Assembly (NCBI RefSeq): GCF_018350175.1
Contig: NC_058373.1
Location: 117,864,001-117,928,000, forward strand
Direction: 5' to 3'
Source: Felis catus
Taxonomy: Eukaryota
Length of the DNA stretch: 64,000 bases
The position numbers and the translations under genes were made by a program. The notes beneath the pieces were generated by a model. It worked only from the letters and a program-made list of their open reading frames with translations. It ran no database searches and was not told the origin of the DNA. The stretch's first letter is position 1; each line of letters opens with the position of its first letter. Below are positions 1 to 13,331 of the stretch, in pieces.

Positions 1-711
1 ACAGCTGGGGTCACTAGCCTTCTATTCATTACATAGCATGAGGCTCATCAGTGGTAAATTCTCGTCTCTCTCACAAAAGCAAGACACAAAAGAAAGCAAA
101 AGGGAAGAAGCATCTGCACAAGCTGCCATATATTAGGGACACTGGTAATTTCTAGACAGGCAAAGGCCATAGGGGACCCCTGCCGCTTCACACTAAGTGT
201 ATGTCTATCACCACGCCCCTCCTCCCCTTCTCTCTCATCCCTGTTCAGGGAGGGAAGAAAGGAAATTATCAAGCCTGTACCCATCGCCCACCCTGGATCA
301 CCAGCTGGGCCATGTGGAGCATCCAAAGGTGGGGGGTGGGAAGCCCCAGGGGAAAGGGAGATCTCCAGAGATCACCATCCCTACCTCCTGCTCGGTGCCT
401 GGGGCTCCGCTGGATAGAAGGCACCGCCAAATTCAACAAGAATTTAGCTGGGCCTCCCCACAAGTCCAGATGGGAGATGCTAAGTGAGATAGCCAGCTCC
501 ACGCTATCTTTGTACCTGCAGGAGTAAATTCCTTGCTGTCCAGCTGGGTTTTCTGGTAGCCCCTCTGTCTACCCTGCTGCCTCTGGGTGGGGTTCATAAA
601 GGTGCCCCTGGCCTGAGCGACAGTCATTCGTTCACTTAGGCAGCAGACGTTTAAAAAGCGCCTCATCCGGGCCGTAGCGCACACGTGAGAGGCAGCACAC
701 CATTTAAGGGA

Positions 712-870
712 GCGGCAAGGGTGCTGGGTTTGAATCCTGGCCCCTCGTTCACTTGCTGTGCCATCTGTGGACCTCTCTGAGGTTCACTTCCCTCATCTGC
801 AAAGCGGGGGTGATTATAGGACCCTCCTCCTCGGATCACTGAGAACCGATGATATAACCTCACTGTGAGT
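712..870 (+). mobile_element. MIR
   Basis: ctgggtttgaatcctggc...ttccctcatctgcaaa core. Confidence 0.7.
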
Positions 871-1307
871 GATCAGTCAACAGTAGCTGTTGTTACTCTG
901 ACATGGGCTCCCACCTTCCACTGGCTGCTACCATCAGTGGTGGGAAAACACGGCTCCCGAGTTAACTCCCAGATAGTATCGTCTGTTCCACGGGCTTCTC
1001 TGTCCACAGAGACAGAGCAGAGTGTATCAAAAACTAAAACAGCTCAATGCCATCGGCTCAGATTGCCCCACCACCACCACCAGTCAGCTGTCTAGCCAGC
1101 AGGGTTAGTGGTCAGAAGCACAATCATGAGTGTGTTGATGATTCAGTACAAAACCACCCCCACCCGCAGAAACCTAACTCCAGCAGAGATCTGCCCGGGA
1201 GTGGGTAGAGGGCACCTGCCCCCTTTGTTTAAAGGGCACCGGGTCACGAAGGAAGAGGAGTCTTAGCTGGAACTTTAGAATATTCCAACAGGACATGTGG
1301 AAAGGCG

Positions 1308-1803
1308 GTTGTGTTGGTCTCGTATTGCTGCTGTTAACAAATTACCACAAACCTGATGGTTTAAAACAACACAAACTTACTATCTTATAGTTCTGGAGGT
1401 CAGAAGCCCAAAATGAGTTGCAGACGGTTAAAATCAAGGTGTTGGCGGGGATGCTTTCCTTCCGGAAGCTCTGGGGGAGAATGGGTTTCCTCGTCTTTTC
1501 CAGCTTCTAGAGGCTGCAAACATTCATTCCTTGCTTTGTGAAATTCCCTCACCTCCACTGTGTCACTTAGACTTCTGCGTCCATTGTCGTATGGCTGCCT
1601 CTGACTCTGACCTTCCAGACTCCCTCGTATAAGGCCCCCTGTGATTATATTGGGCCCACCCATATACTCCAAGATAATCTCCCCACCTCCAAGTCCTTGA
1701 TTCAATCATACCTGCGAAGTCCCTTTCCTTGTAAGGTAATGTCTTCACAGATTCCAGGGATTAGGACACAGACATCTTAGAGGGGTTCCTATTCTGTCTA
1801 CCA
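1308..1803 (-). mobile_element. MLT1-type (ERVL-MaLR) solo LTR
   Basis: gctgctgttaacaaattaccacaaac...gttctggaggtcagaag...ggattaggac...ctattctgtctacca, typical of MLT1. Confidence 0.85.
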
Positions 1804-3459
1804 AAGGTGGGTTCTGCTGAAAAATGCACTCGAGAATTGTTACAGCAACGGTGAGGGATTGGAGGAAATAAGGTTCTGCCCTGAGCTCAAGAATACTGAA
1901 AACATCCTACTTGGCAGCAAAAATCTAATTTAAGCACAAAGTGTGTGGTGCCTAAGAGACATGTCGGGGTGAACTTCTATTTCCCCAACTGAAATACTAC
2001 CTTTGCAGTGTCCTTGTGTCATGAGGAATAAAGAAAAAAATTCACCCGGAATCCTTCACTCCACGCCAGGCACACCGTCAATGCTTCGCATATGGCCACC
2101 AACGAGCTGTCCACGAGTTCTGGTAGCCCCGTGACTAAATAAACCAGCTTGATATGAACTACTTGTCAGTCAGCAAATACTAGCAAATTCCTGCCGGGCC
2201 CCAGAAATCAGAGGGGCCACCTCAGCCCAATGCAGACCGACCTTCTCGTGCCGAGGCCTGAGAAGCCCCCACAGAGATACCCAAAGATCTGGATTTATGA
2301 TCAGAATTTCCTAGGCCAGACATGGTCCAGAGACGGGGATCTCAGTTTGCTTTCTGCAGAAAGAAGACAGGTATGAGACCCAAGCAATCTTCCACAAACC
2401 CAGGCTCCATTTCCCCTACCTGGCTTCTCCTGCAAACCATGGGGTTATTTTTAACTGAATTGTGATCACTCTGGGCTACGGGCTATAGTCAACAATTCCC
2501 AACACAAACCTTTCTACTTTCCCATTTCGTAGATGGGCGAACTGAGGCAGTCACCAAAGGAACAAGGATTTTATCTTAGGACAACATTGTGCGTCATTTG
2601 CTTTTATCACCGAAGTATCTCAGGTGAGGTTAAAAAAAGAGAGAGAGTTTTAGAATTTGGATCTCAGATCTCCTGCTAATTAGCTATGTGACTGTGGGAA
2701 AATTGCATAACCTATCTGAACATCCCCTTCTTTATCTGCAAAAGGACACAGGAAAATCAGCCTCTCACAACAGTTGCATGGATTAAATATCACATACAAC
2801 CCTGAGCATGTTGGATTTATGGAGCACTGTCTGTGTCTCAGGCACTATGCGAAGCATTGCATGTATAATAATCCATTTAATCATGACAACAACTCTGTGA
2901 GCCGGGCCTTCTCCTTCCCATTTTCCTAGAATGTAGGCCTCTGGAGGGCAGGGCTGTTTTTTGCGTCTTCTGCCCTAACTCAAGTACGCTGTAATAAATG
3001 CAATCTACAAGCACTGTTGCTGATAAAAAGAATTGAGAGGCCAGTGGCGTCGGGAATCACTCTGGAAGGTTTTAGAAAGGTGGAATCTGGAAGGTAAGGA
3101 GAATTAGAGAGAGGGAGGGAGCAGAGAGGGCAGATCTTCCCATGGGGGTACGGTGAGGTGAAGAAGTGACAAGGAAGGCATGTACGAGATAGGACTAAGC
3201 ATGGCACATGGATAGGAGGCAGAAAAATCGCTCTCAAAGACCGTGTCTACATCTGGGAAACATACATGAAAAGAAAATGGCCCTTCCCTGTCAACCTCAC
3301 TGGGTTGTTCTAGCAAATGAGATAGGGTGTGAAGGTTCTTGGATGCTCTCCACCATCAGGAATTCTACGTTCCCTATAGGGTAATGAGCTGTACTTACGG
3401 ACAGCTTCTAGTGGTTTTATAAATACATCCCTTTACGCCCTTCATTTGCCCCTTTTTCT

Positions 3460-3692
3460 TTTTTTTTTTTTAAATTTTTTTTTCAACGTTTTATTTATTT
3501 TTGGGACAGAGAGAGACAGAGCATGAACGGGGGAGGGGCAGAGAGAGAGGGAGACACAGAATCGGAAACAGGCTCCAGGCTCCGAGCCATCAGCCCAGAG
3601 CCTGACGCGGGGCTCGAACTCACGGACTGCGAGATCGTGACCTGGCTGAAGTCGGGCGCTTAACCGACTGCGCCACCCCACCCAGGCGCCCC
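3460..3692 (-). mobile_element. Can-SINE, young felid subfamily
   Basis: Full head, CT tract and polyA. TSD atttgcccctttttct. CpGs intact. Confidence 0.95.
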
Positions 3693-5061
3693 AATTTGCC
3701 CCTTTTTCTATCTTCCTTTTAACGTTCTGCTCTCTGGTAGATATTTTCAACAACAACAAAAATCCAAGGGAGGAAACAGTTAAAAATCATCCTTGATGGT
3801 GAGGAAAAAACGGTTGCTCAATCCTAAGAGAGCTGGTATTTCTGGCACTAAGGAATACACGTGACTGAGGTCAGACCTGATCTGCCTGATTTACTCTCTG
3901 GGACCAAAGTTCCAATGGAGAACTCTGGGTCCGCACTAGGCCACACCAGGGGGCTGCCGGCTGCAAGCAATAAAGCCCAGTGCTTCCCTCCTTCAGGGTG
4001 GGAAGTCAGAAGCTCCAAACTGGAAGTACGGCTCTTCCGGGGCCTCAGTTCCCGCCTTGGGCCAAGTCATGGGATCCGTGCAGCTGAGCTCTGAGTCCAA
4101 GTCGGCAAAGCTGAAAGGGAACCCTTTATCCGGGCCACTCCTCCTACAGCGGCACAACCTGGCGGGAAGTTCACGCAGGGCTCTGGGCACTTCAGAACCC
4201 TCTTGGGTTACTGTCCTCTCCCCAAACAGCAAAATCTTTGAACGTCTCCGTTCTGGACTGAGCATGAGACTTCTTTCTCCCCAAGCATCTCAGGAGTATG
4301 TAGGAGGCAGTGCAAGGCTCTCTCTGCCCACCCAGCACGGTGCTCCCCTCATCCTGGGCACGGTGGAAGCTGGTCAGACGTCAGGGGCCGCGGCTACTCA
4401 AACTGGGAGGTAGGGCAGAAAGGCAGGGGGGCAGCCCCGGTCACGCTCAGTGGCCTGGGTCTTGCTTTCCAGTGCGATTGTGAACACCAGCCCATCCCCC
4501 TGTGGAGGTCACAGGTGTGTCTGCCTGCCGAGCTGTCACTACGGTGACAATACCTCCATGTTCCTCTCCCCCACCACCAGTTGAGTAAAATCAGTCCCAC
4601 GCCATCCTGCAACTTTAGAGACAGGCTTGTGCCGCGGGAGAAAACCACCCCCCCAGGCCTGAGTGAGGCCAATTCAGGTCAATCCTAGAGTTTCTGTGGC
4701 CAAGAGGTGCTCTCTTTCTCCCAGTGTGGCAAAGCTGATAAAAATGTTTGCCTGAAAGCTTCTGGGAGACACCCAGGCAGCAGGCCTGTCTGCAAAGGAG
4801 GCCAGTGTAGAGGGGGAGCAGAACTGAGAGGAAGGGGGAGACGGAGGGAGTTCAAATGACCTTGTTGAGCCCCCAGACCCAGTCCCAGGTGAAGCAGACA
4901 CACTCCTGAACTTGCAGTTACACGAGCCCATACATTCCTCTCTGTGCTCCAGCAGCGTGGGTTGGGTTTCTTGCCATTTGCAACCTGAAAAAGCCCTGAC
5001 TGATGCACATTCCAGAGTTTGATTTTACCAACAAATCCTCCACAAGGCTGAAGAAGAGCTG

Positions 5062-5108
5062 CCCCCCGCCCCCCCCCCCCCCCCCCCCCCCCCCGCACAC
5101 ACACACAC
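5062..5108. repeat. Poly-C tract followed by (CA)n
   Basis: About 33 nt nearly pure C. Confidence 0.95.
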
Positions 5109-6610
5109 CTCTGGGTTTCTCAAATGCTACCCGGATGCTTTTGAGATAAATGTGGGTTCGTGGTCATCAGGTGCCGCATATCCAACCTGAGTGGGGGTCA
5201 GTCAGGGAATGTTGGAGACGGCATCTCAGCGAACTGCACCCTGTGGCTTACCATAATCCCCACCATTCCCTATTGCCTCCCATCAAGTGCATTTTCCTCA
5301 TTTACTTTACCTGCCTGGTCCCTTTAAGCATATCAATTTATCATCCCTTATAAATGGATGGCTGAAAGGATGGATGGATGGATAGATGGACCGTTTGATC
5401 ATTCAATGCATAAACCTGTGGATGGATGAGTGGATGGGCGGGCACCAAGTGGTTATGTATTTGCACGTCGAGCCTGCACACACATAGGCACAACACAAAC
5501 AATGAAATGCAGTCGGGGACCATTTGATAACACAGGAAAGAAAATAGCCACAGACTTACTTCCGTGTGGCTTTCGTCTCTGGAATAACGGGGGATGACTC
5601 TCTGGGTAGCATTCATCCCATAGTTGCCCTCCTCCCTCCCAAGCCAAGATGGTTCCCACACTCCCACCAACAGTGCAGCACAAGGAGAAACCATTCCTGC
5701 ATTCACAGGCAGCTGCCTCAGAAGAAAACCTGGCCTGAGGAAGTAGCCTCCCTCCCCTTCAGTCCCCAGCATCTACCTGGATCTGGACACCAGCCACAGA
5801 AACAGAAAGAACTACAAAGAATGCAGGCAGTGTTTTGGTGCCTGGACTTGGGGTAATGATCGGCAGTGTCCACAGATGTATCCACGAGGCTCTTGCCTTG
5901 AAACAAGGATGTGAGGGGGTCTAGGGTGACCGAGGAGGGCCACCAGGTGGCTCAAAGAACTGAGAAAACAATAGGAAGACAGCAACAGTGGAGCTCAGAG
6001 CCTCAGCCACCGGGCTGGAGGCGTCGGCACGACTTCGGGGAGGTAGTTGGTGATTCACATAGAACCACGCTGTGAACTAGTCACTGTGGGGGGGTGCGCT
6101 CACGGTTCAGGCAACTGCTTGCTTCAGAAACTAGACAGCGTTCGCTCCACTGTGAACCGTATTCCCCTTTCATTGTCTTTGTGAAGTCATCACAGAGTTC
6201 CGAGCGTAAGAATCCCTCTTTTCCTGGGTCAGGCCAGGAAAGCAGCACTCGTGCTGAGTGGCACCTGGACCAGGCCTGTTCATGCTGGGGTATGTCACCC
6301 CAAGCGTGAGGCACAAAACACACGATGTGAGGGTTCTGCATCTCATCTATCCATACTGCCAGGAAATGGACGGATAGAACAGTGGGAGAAAACAGAGCGG
6401 CACGCATAAATACTCCAAGGCCATAAAAGAAGGGTAGCTGCTGAGGGGGTAAGAAGTACTAGCTTCCTCAGGAATAATCCTTCATGGTGGATACCCTCCC
6501 AGCCTGGCATCCACTTTCCAGGTGACTCAGTCCCAGAGCTGAGGAAACACAAGCGTGGGACGAGCCATGGAAAAACAGACTCCCACCGAGGAGCAAAGCG
6601 GGCACCAACA

Positions 6611-6836
6611 GGGGCGCCTGGGTGGCTCAGCCGGCTAAGCATCCGCCTTCAGCTCGGGTCATGATCTCATGGTTCATGAGTCCAAGCCCCGTGTCGGGCT
6701 CTGTGCTGACAGCTCAGAGCCTGGAGTCTGCTTTGGATTCTGTGTCTCCCTCTTTCTCTCCCTGCCTCTCCCCTGCTCACATTCTGTCTCCTTCTCCCTC
6801 AAAAATAAACATTAAAAAAAAAAATTCTTTTTAAAA
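6611..6836 (+). mobile_element. Can-SINE
   Basis: ggggcgcctgggtggctcag head. TSD about ggcaccaaca. Confidence 0.93.
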
Positions 6837-7375
6837 AGAAGGCACCAACAAACATGAGAACCAGCGAGCAAATGGTCTCTCGCTGGGGTTCCCTCTGATG
6901 GGGTCTCTCCAGGGGTTCCATCAGCCCCTGGAACACCACAAAAGACATGATACTGCAGAAGACTGACACAGGGTCTCTCCCCTCAACATGCTTATATTTG
7001 AGAGAGGCAACAAGAGCCATGAGGGGACAGACATAGGAAACTGTATACAACCTGGAGTCGAGAGTCCTGGGTTCTCGTCCGGCTCTGCAGTTTTGGCCTT
7101 GAAGCCCACCACTGACTTTTCTGGGCTTCAGTTTCCTCATCTGCAAAGTGAGACCCCCTCACAGCTCAAAGGCTGTGCGAGCTCTGGGTTGCCGGATTAG
7201 CCAATCATCAAGGGGCTGCCCAGTGTTCCGACACCTCGCTTTGGGAGGGGCACGTAGATATTCACGTTCAGAATCAGCTCCTGGGAGCGGAAGTGAAGAC
7301 GCTGAGCCCTGATCCTCTGCTGAAGTTCCACACGTCAGGTCACATGCCCCCAAGCAGCGCAAAGGCTGAGACCCA

Positions 7376-7597
7376 CTTTTTTTCAAAATTTTTAAAAGTT
7401 TATTTATTTTGAGAGAGGGAGGGAGGGAAGGAGAGAGAGCGCATAAGTGGGGGAGGGTCGGAGAGAGAGAATCAGAAGCAGGCTCAACGCTGTCAGCAGG
7501 GAGCCCTAGGTGGGGCTCGATCTCACGAAACCGCGAGACCATGCCCTGAGCTGAAATCGAGAGTCGGACGCCTAACCAACTGAACCACCCACATGCC
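7376..7597 (-). mobile_element. Can-SINE, older subfamily
   Basis: Reverse-complement head, CT tract and A-tail. Confidence 0.88.
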
Positions 7598-8077
7598 TCC
7601 ACATTTCTGATTGTCCCCGAATACATGTATCTTCAGCCCCGGGTGTTTATTTTTTATCTTACCAGGAGGAAAGAATTTGGATTCTGTTAAAATATATACA
7701 AAGGGGATGCATTTGTTTATTTTGAAGAATGTATTTTCGGATATAACTGGTAAGGAGCAAGGTTACAAACCCTCCTTTTCTCTGGGCTCATGTGAGTGCT
7801 ATTCCTCCGAGGTGATTTCTCCAAAGACCACAAATGGCCAGATCTTCCATTTCTCATCTCCTGACCTGTCTCAGTTTGATACCGTGGTCAGGGACAGCTG
7901 TCACATTATCCTTCAGGACCTCGGTGCTCCCACGTCCACATCCTGCCATCATCAGCCCCGTGGAGGTTCAGGGTCCCTGCCCGCTGCCCACCTTTCCACC
8001 CACCCCATGCAGTAAAGTCACCAGAAAAAATAAGGATAAAATAATTTGAGTGCTAGATCAAGAATATCCATTTTTAG

Positions 8078-8285
8078 AGGCACGTGGGTGGCTCAGTCAG
8101 TTAAGCGTCCGACTTCGACTCAGGTCATGATCTCACAGTTCATGAGTTCAAGCCCCACGTCCGGCTCTGTGCTGACAGCTCAGAGCCTGGAGCCTGCTTC
8201 AGATTCTGTGTCTCCCTCTCTCTCTGCCCCTCTCCTGCTCGCACTCTGCCTCTCTCAAAAAGAAACGGTTAAAAAAAATTTCTTT
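8078..8285 (+). mobile_element. Can-SINE
   Basis: Head plus CT tract. Confidence 0.92.
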
Positions 8286-8436
8286 TCATTTTTAGTATAA
8301 AACATTTGCCTTTCCAGGTAGCAAAACTGAGCAATTCCCTCCCGAGGATAGAAAAATTCTCTCCTTCTAAGCTTGCGGTCACAGAACCTCAGCCCAGTGG
8401 CCCTTGTGTCCCCTGGCCTCAAAAATGTCTGCCTTT

Positions 8437-8650
8437 GGGGCGCCTGGGTAGCGCAGTCGGTTAAGCGTCTGACTTCAGCCAGGTCACGATCTCTCGGTCC
8501 GGGAGTTCGAGCCCCGCGTCAGGCTCTGGGCTGATGGCTCGGAGCCTGGAGCCTGTTTCCGATTCTGTGTCTCCCTCTCTCTCTCTGCCCCTCCTCCATT
8601 GATGCTCTGTCTCTCTCTGTCGCAAAAATAAATAAACGTTGGAAAAAAAA
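8437..8650 (+). mobile_element. Can-SINE, young felid subfamily
   Basis: TSD aaaaatgtctgccttt. Confidence 0.95.
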
Positions 8651-9064
8651 AAAATGTCTGCCTTTGCCTCTTTCAGGGTGAGCGATGAAGGCCATGGCTT
8701 CCAAGGCTCATGGTAACATAGGCAGTTCCCAATTGGATGCCAACGGTGCTTGGTCAAAGAACTGCTTATGGCTGGAGTCAAAAACATTTCTACACAGAGC
8801 TACTAGCTCCAGAGCAGAAGGTCTGGCAAGAGGGGGAATGGGGAGAGAAGGAGAGAAATGTAATAGGTACTGCCGTATAAGTCTCTAGGGGAGACCTCAG
8901 TCTGAGACATCTCATTAAAAAAAAAAAGGTATCACCTGGCAAAGGCTGCCACATGGGTCATGAACTTCTAGTTCTAAATTCTGGCTATAAGAGATAAGCC
9001 CAGCATATCCTCCAGCTCTGGGTTCCTTAACAACACCTGCCGTTCTTTTACCTGCCTCCCTAGG

Positions 9065-9197
9065 CACCTGGAGTGGAAGTGCCATGAGGGCTGGGCTGGT
9101 GCCCTTTTTCTCTCGTCACCATATACCCACCATCCAGTCCGGGACCCGGACTCATGGCGAGCACTCGATGAGCTTTTGTTCGATGCATGAATGACTG
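9065..9197 (+). mobile_element. Degenerate L2 3' end
   Basis: Reverse complement tcattcatgcatcgaacaaaagctcatcgagtgctcgccatgagtcc...gccctcatggcacttccactccag matches the L2 tail pattern. Confidence 0.55.
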
Positions 9198-12100
9198 TCT
9201 ACGTTATCCGATATATCCCAAAAAGCATCATGAGTTTGCAGTGCAAAAGGTCCTGAACAACTCAAATGAGAAAAACACAAACATGTCCCGTGAAGAGGGC
9301 TGGCCGGAATGACATCTGGGGTCATCTGCAATACCAGAGGCCCTTGAGCCTGTCCTATTCGGGCAAGTAACTTCCCTGCAAGAATTTCAAATGCTTTCTT
9401 CAACACCTTAGCTCAGGTTGAAGTCCTCAGCCTGTGCCCAGCACCGGGTGATAACCCCAGGAGGGAAGTGTGCCGAGAAGCCAAAACCAGGAACACGAGG
9501 GACAAAAAACTAGGGCAAAAGCGCCTAGGTGGGGAGGGATCCAAAGAAGGAACAAGAGAAATACTTGAAGATGCAGCATGGCTGTCCAGGACATACATAC
9601 TCACACAAACACAAAGATCCTCCTTCCAGATCCACACTGCACCCCCTTCCCACCCCCCCCCCATCTCATCATTGGATGACAGTGCTGCTTTGTGGAACAG
9701 AACAATAGGCACATTATGCCAACCTATAATTATCCTAGGAGAAGCGATAGTGAAGTCAAGGCATTACATGAACATTGGGATACTGGATACCATCCCACAA
9801 AAACAACAACAAAACAACAACAATCCACCAAAATCCCTAATTTAAATAAAGACTGAAAGCCGTCCGGAGCCAGTACCCTTTCACATTTATATGAGGGTGG
9901 GATTTTTTTTTTTTTCTTTCCACGTGATTATTTAAGCACAAGGCCTTCTTTCACTGGAATTGGTAGAGTACTGGGGGCAGGGGTTGGGAGGTTTTTTGTT
10001 GTGTTTTTGTTTGGTTTTTTTTTTTTTCACTAAGGGGGCAGAGAGTAGAGGAAGTGAAGGGCGGGAGCAGGTGTCAAGGCTATAGGCTGTGACCCACAGG
10101 CCGCCCTCAGAGGTACCTGGGTCTGAGTCCACCCAGTGAGTCTTCCATTAACAGAGATTCCTTTCCACCACGGCAACAAAACGAGTATCCAGGGACGTGG
10201 GTGTAAGACACACAGAGTCCCGGGTGGTGTCCTGGAAAAGACAGGGACCAAAAATATAACGAGAATATCTGAGATCCCCCTCTCTCTGCCATAACTAGAT
10301 GCTTCTGTGGTTTATTCAAGAACTGCGTGCTCCATCTCTGCCGCGTGCGAGGAGCCATCAAGCCAGCAACTGAGGAAAATTAACAAAGACGGTCACTTTC
10401 TGCTCAGAGCCTCGGTTTCCTGAGAGTGCCGGCCAGCCCTGGAGACGCACACCCACACACACAAACACACACTCATGCTTCCAAATTCAAGGTGCAGCCC
10501 CAGGCTGGCGTGGGGCCGCACGGACGAAGGCCATCTCCGCAGGCCATCACTGAAGAGGGAGAGGACCTGCCACTCCTGAAACAGAGGTGGAGCCAGAACT
10601 CTCTGAGCCAAGGAGCAGAAACTGCCGGCATGGGGCACACAGGGTCATCTTCGTGTGTCCTGGCAAAAGCAAAGGTGTGGAAAACTGATGGTTTGTTTTT
10701 CAAACACATCCCTAGTTTCTACGCAAAGGTCTCTCTTCTCTTTCAGGGGGAGCCTTCCTCCTGAACCACAGCCCCATGTGCCCTGCCTCTTCTGGACCCA
10801 GTCAACCCTCCTTTCTTTCTTTCACCCCAGGCCTTCCTTTCTTTCACCTTCTCCACACGCTAACGCAGGGATGGCATGAGAAGGCCATCAATCGTCAAAG
10901 GACCCTTCTAGCAAAGATCCAACCTCCTTCCTTACATTGACTGAAAAGCTCCTCCCATATATCGTATGTTCATCTGTCCGTTCCATTTAGAAACCATTAA
11001 CCGTCCTTCCTCAGAAGCCACTGGTTCTTAGGGACTCATTTCCTCCTTATCTTGCCAAATCCAAAAGCCACTTCTTGGTCATCATGCTGCTCGACCACCA
11101 TTTGATGATAGAAGCCACATATTCTTTGAAACTCCCAGAACCTTGATTTCACTCATTCCTTTGGCTCCCTCAGCGAGTGTCCCCCCCACCATCCCGGTGC
11201 CCGGTGGTGGGGGTGGGGGGCGGGTAGGACAGTAACAGGAGCTGCTCCTCGCCTTCCACTCATCTCTGCACACCTACTAACGATGGCTTGCCCTGCATCA
11301 GCCAAAGGGCTTTAAAGGACTCAAGGTGTGTCCACACTCATTACCTCCTGCAGCCACAAAGCCCAGTCCTGCAAACTTTGGGAAAACATCTTACATTGTA
11401 CTAATTCTCCCCCTGGAGAAGAAGACAGCCTATTCTTGTAACCGCCACTCTTCTGGAAGTGTGGGAAACCAGGGACGGAAGTACCACCAAATGACTCCTG
11501 AACTGTGACATGACTTTGTGAGTCATTCCTTCCCAGAGTCCTCTGCTCACTGCCCCCTCTCCCTCAGTGTTTTGCTGTGCACCTTATCACAGAGATAACT
11601 GCACCTGCCTCTATGCTGTGAGCTCCGGGAGGGCGTGGAATAGACTGGTCTCTTTTCCGTCCCCATAACTGCCAAAGGCTTAAATATTTGTTGAAAGGCA
11701 GCAAGAGCAGGAGACATCCGGCATCAGATCTCATCTCTACACCATTCCTCAGGATGGCACCTTTGGAAAACTGTCTTCAGGTTTATTTCTGGCATGGCCT
11801 GTGGGAGGGCATGGCCTGTGGGAGGGTCAAGACAGTGAGTGTTCTCTGACCTTGGGCATTTCAGAGGCCGCCATGACACCACACTGAAACGTCCAGGCAG
11901 GACCCCAAAGCAAACACTTCACCTATTCAGGATACAAATTTAATGGGTCTATGCCACTTAGTAATTCTGTAACTGCCTTCCTTCCTTACTGCCGGCCCTG
12001 GGGCAAGCTCCTTAAGATATTTGTCCCTGCTTTCTCATCAATAAAATAAAGATTAAAGTACGTGTCTCCTAGGACTGCTGTTAAGATTTGACAAACAGCC

Positions 12101-12310
12101 ACTAGGGGAAGTGCCTAGCGCTGTGCTTAATATGTTAGCAGAGCGTCCATATATCCTTCTTTATCATGATGATTGTTACTCACAGGTTAGAAAGGGTGCA
12201 TGCTATTGACTCCCACACGACTTTGATACAGCCCTTTTGAATTGGCTGCTTTTGATGGACCTGCCCTTTGACAATGCCTCAGCAACAAACCACGAAACTG
12301 TCAGCTTTTA

Positions 12311-12730
12311 GGGGCACCTGAGTGCCAAGCATCTGACTCTTGATTTCAGCTCAGGTCATGACCTCACGTTCTGTGAGATCGAGCAGGGTGTAGGGCGCTG
12401 CACGGAAGGCACGGAGCCTACTTGGGATTCTCTCTCCCTCTCTCTCTGCCTGTTCCCCCCCCCCAAAATAAACCAATAAACATTGAAAATAAATGAACTT
12501 TCAGCTTTTAAAATATATGAGGTCGGGGCGCCTGGGCGGCTCAGTTGGTTAAGCATCTGATTCTTGGTTTCGGCTCAGGTCGTGATCTCACGGTTTGTGA
12601 GTTCAAGCCCCATATCAGGTTCCATGCTGACAGTGCAGAGCCTGCTTGGGATTCTCTCTCGGCCCCTCCCCCTCTTGCTCTCTCTGTCTCTCTCTCAAAA
12701 ATAAGTAAATAAACTTAAAAAAATTTTTTT
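12311..12730 (+). mobile_element. Two adjacent older Can-SINEs (12311-12492, 12525-12730)
   Basis: Two heads, each with a CT tract and A-tail. Confidence 0.9.
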
Positions 12731-13106
12731 TAAATATAACATCATCTGAGAAACAGGTATTTCTCCCTCTCTCCCTGCAGTCCACCCAACCCTAACCTCA
12801 GGGATGGGAAAGGACAAGCTCAGAGATGGGGTTAGGGATGCTGTGAGAGTTAGGCATGGGGTAACATCCAGGAACAGAGGATGAAGTTGGATGAAAGGTC
12901 TTAAAGCAGAGAGGTCAGAAATGGAGTAGAGGTCAACATTGGATGGTGCACAAGTGAGGTGAAATTGAGGGCTGACTGAGGCTCACATTAATTATTTTAA
13001 GTTTTCATCCCCACCCACCACTATAGCATCAAAATGCCCCACTTTGTGAAGGGGGTAAGGGGGGGAGGAGGGAGAGAAAAAGAACCCTGAACTGAGTGAA
13101 CATTGT

Positions 13107-13331
13107 ATTTTTTTTAATGTTTATTTATTTTTGAGAGAGAGAGAGAGAGAGAGAGCCAGAGCGTGAGTGGGGGAGGGGCAGAGAGAGGGAGGGAGACACA
13201 GAATCTGAAGCAGGCTTCAGGTTCTGAGCTGTCAGCACAGGGCCCGACACAGGGCTCCAACTCATGAAACGCGAGATCATGACCCGAGTGAAAGTTGGAC
13301 CCTTAACCAACTAACCCAACCAGGTGCCCCC
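13107..13331 (-). mobile_element. Can-SINE
   Basis: TSD gagtg(a/c)acatt. Confidence 0.92.

Noticed and set aside
9152..9252. Possible terminal coding exon on the minus strand, phase-compatible with the 28-kb exon (GPFALQTHDAFWDIS...)
   Set aside because: The acceptor is plausible, but the distal half is an L2 3' tail and there is no convincing donor or polyA signal.
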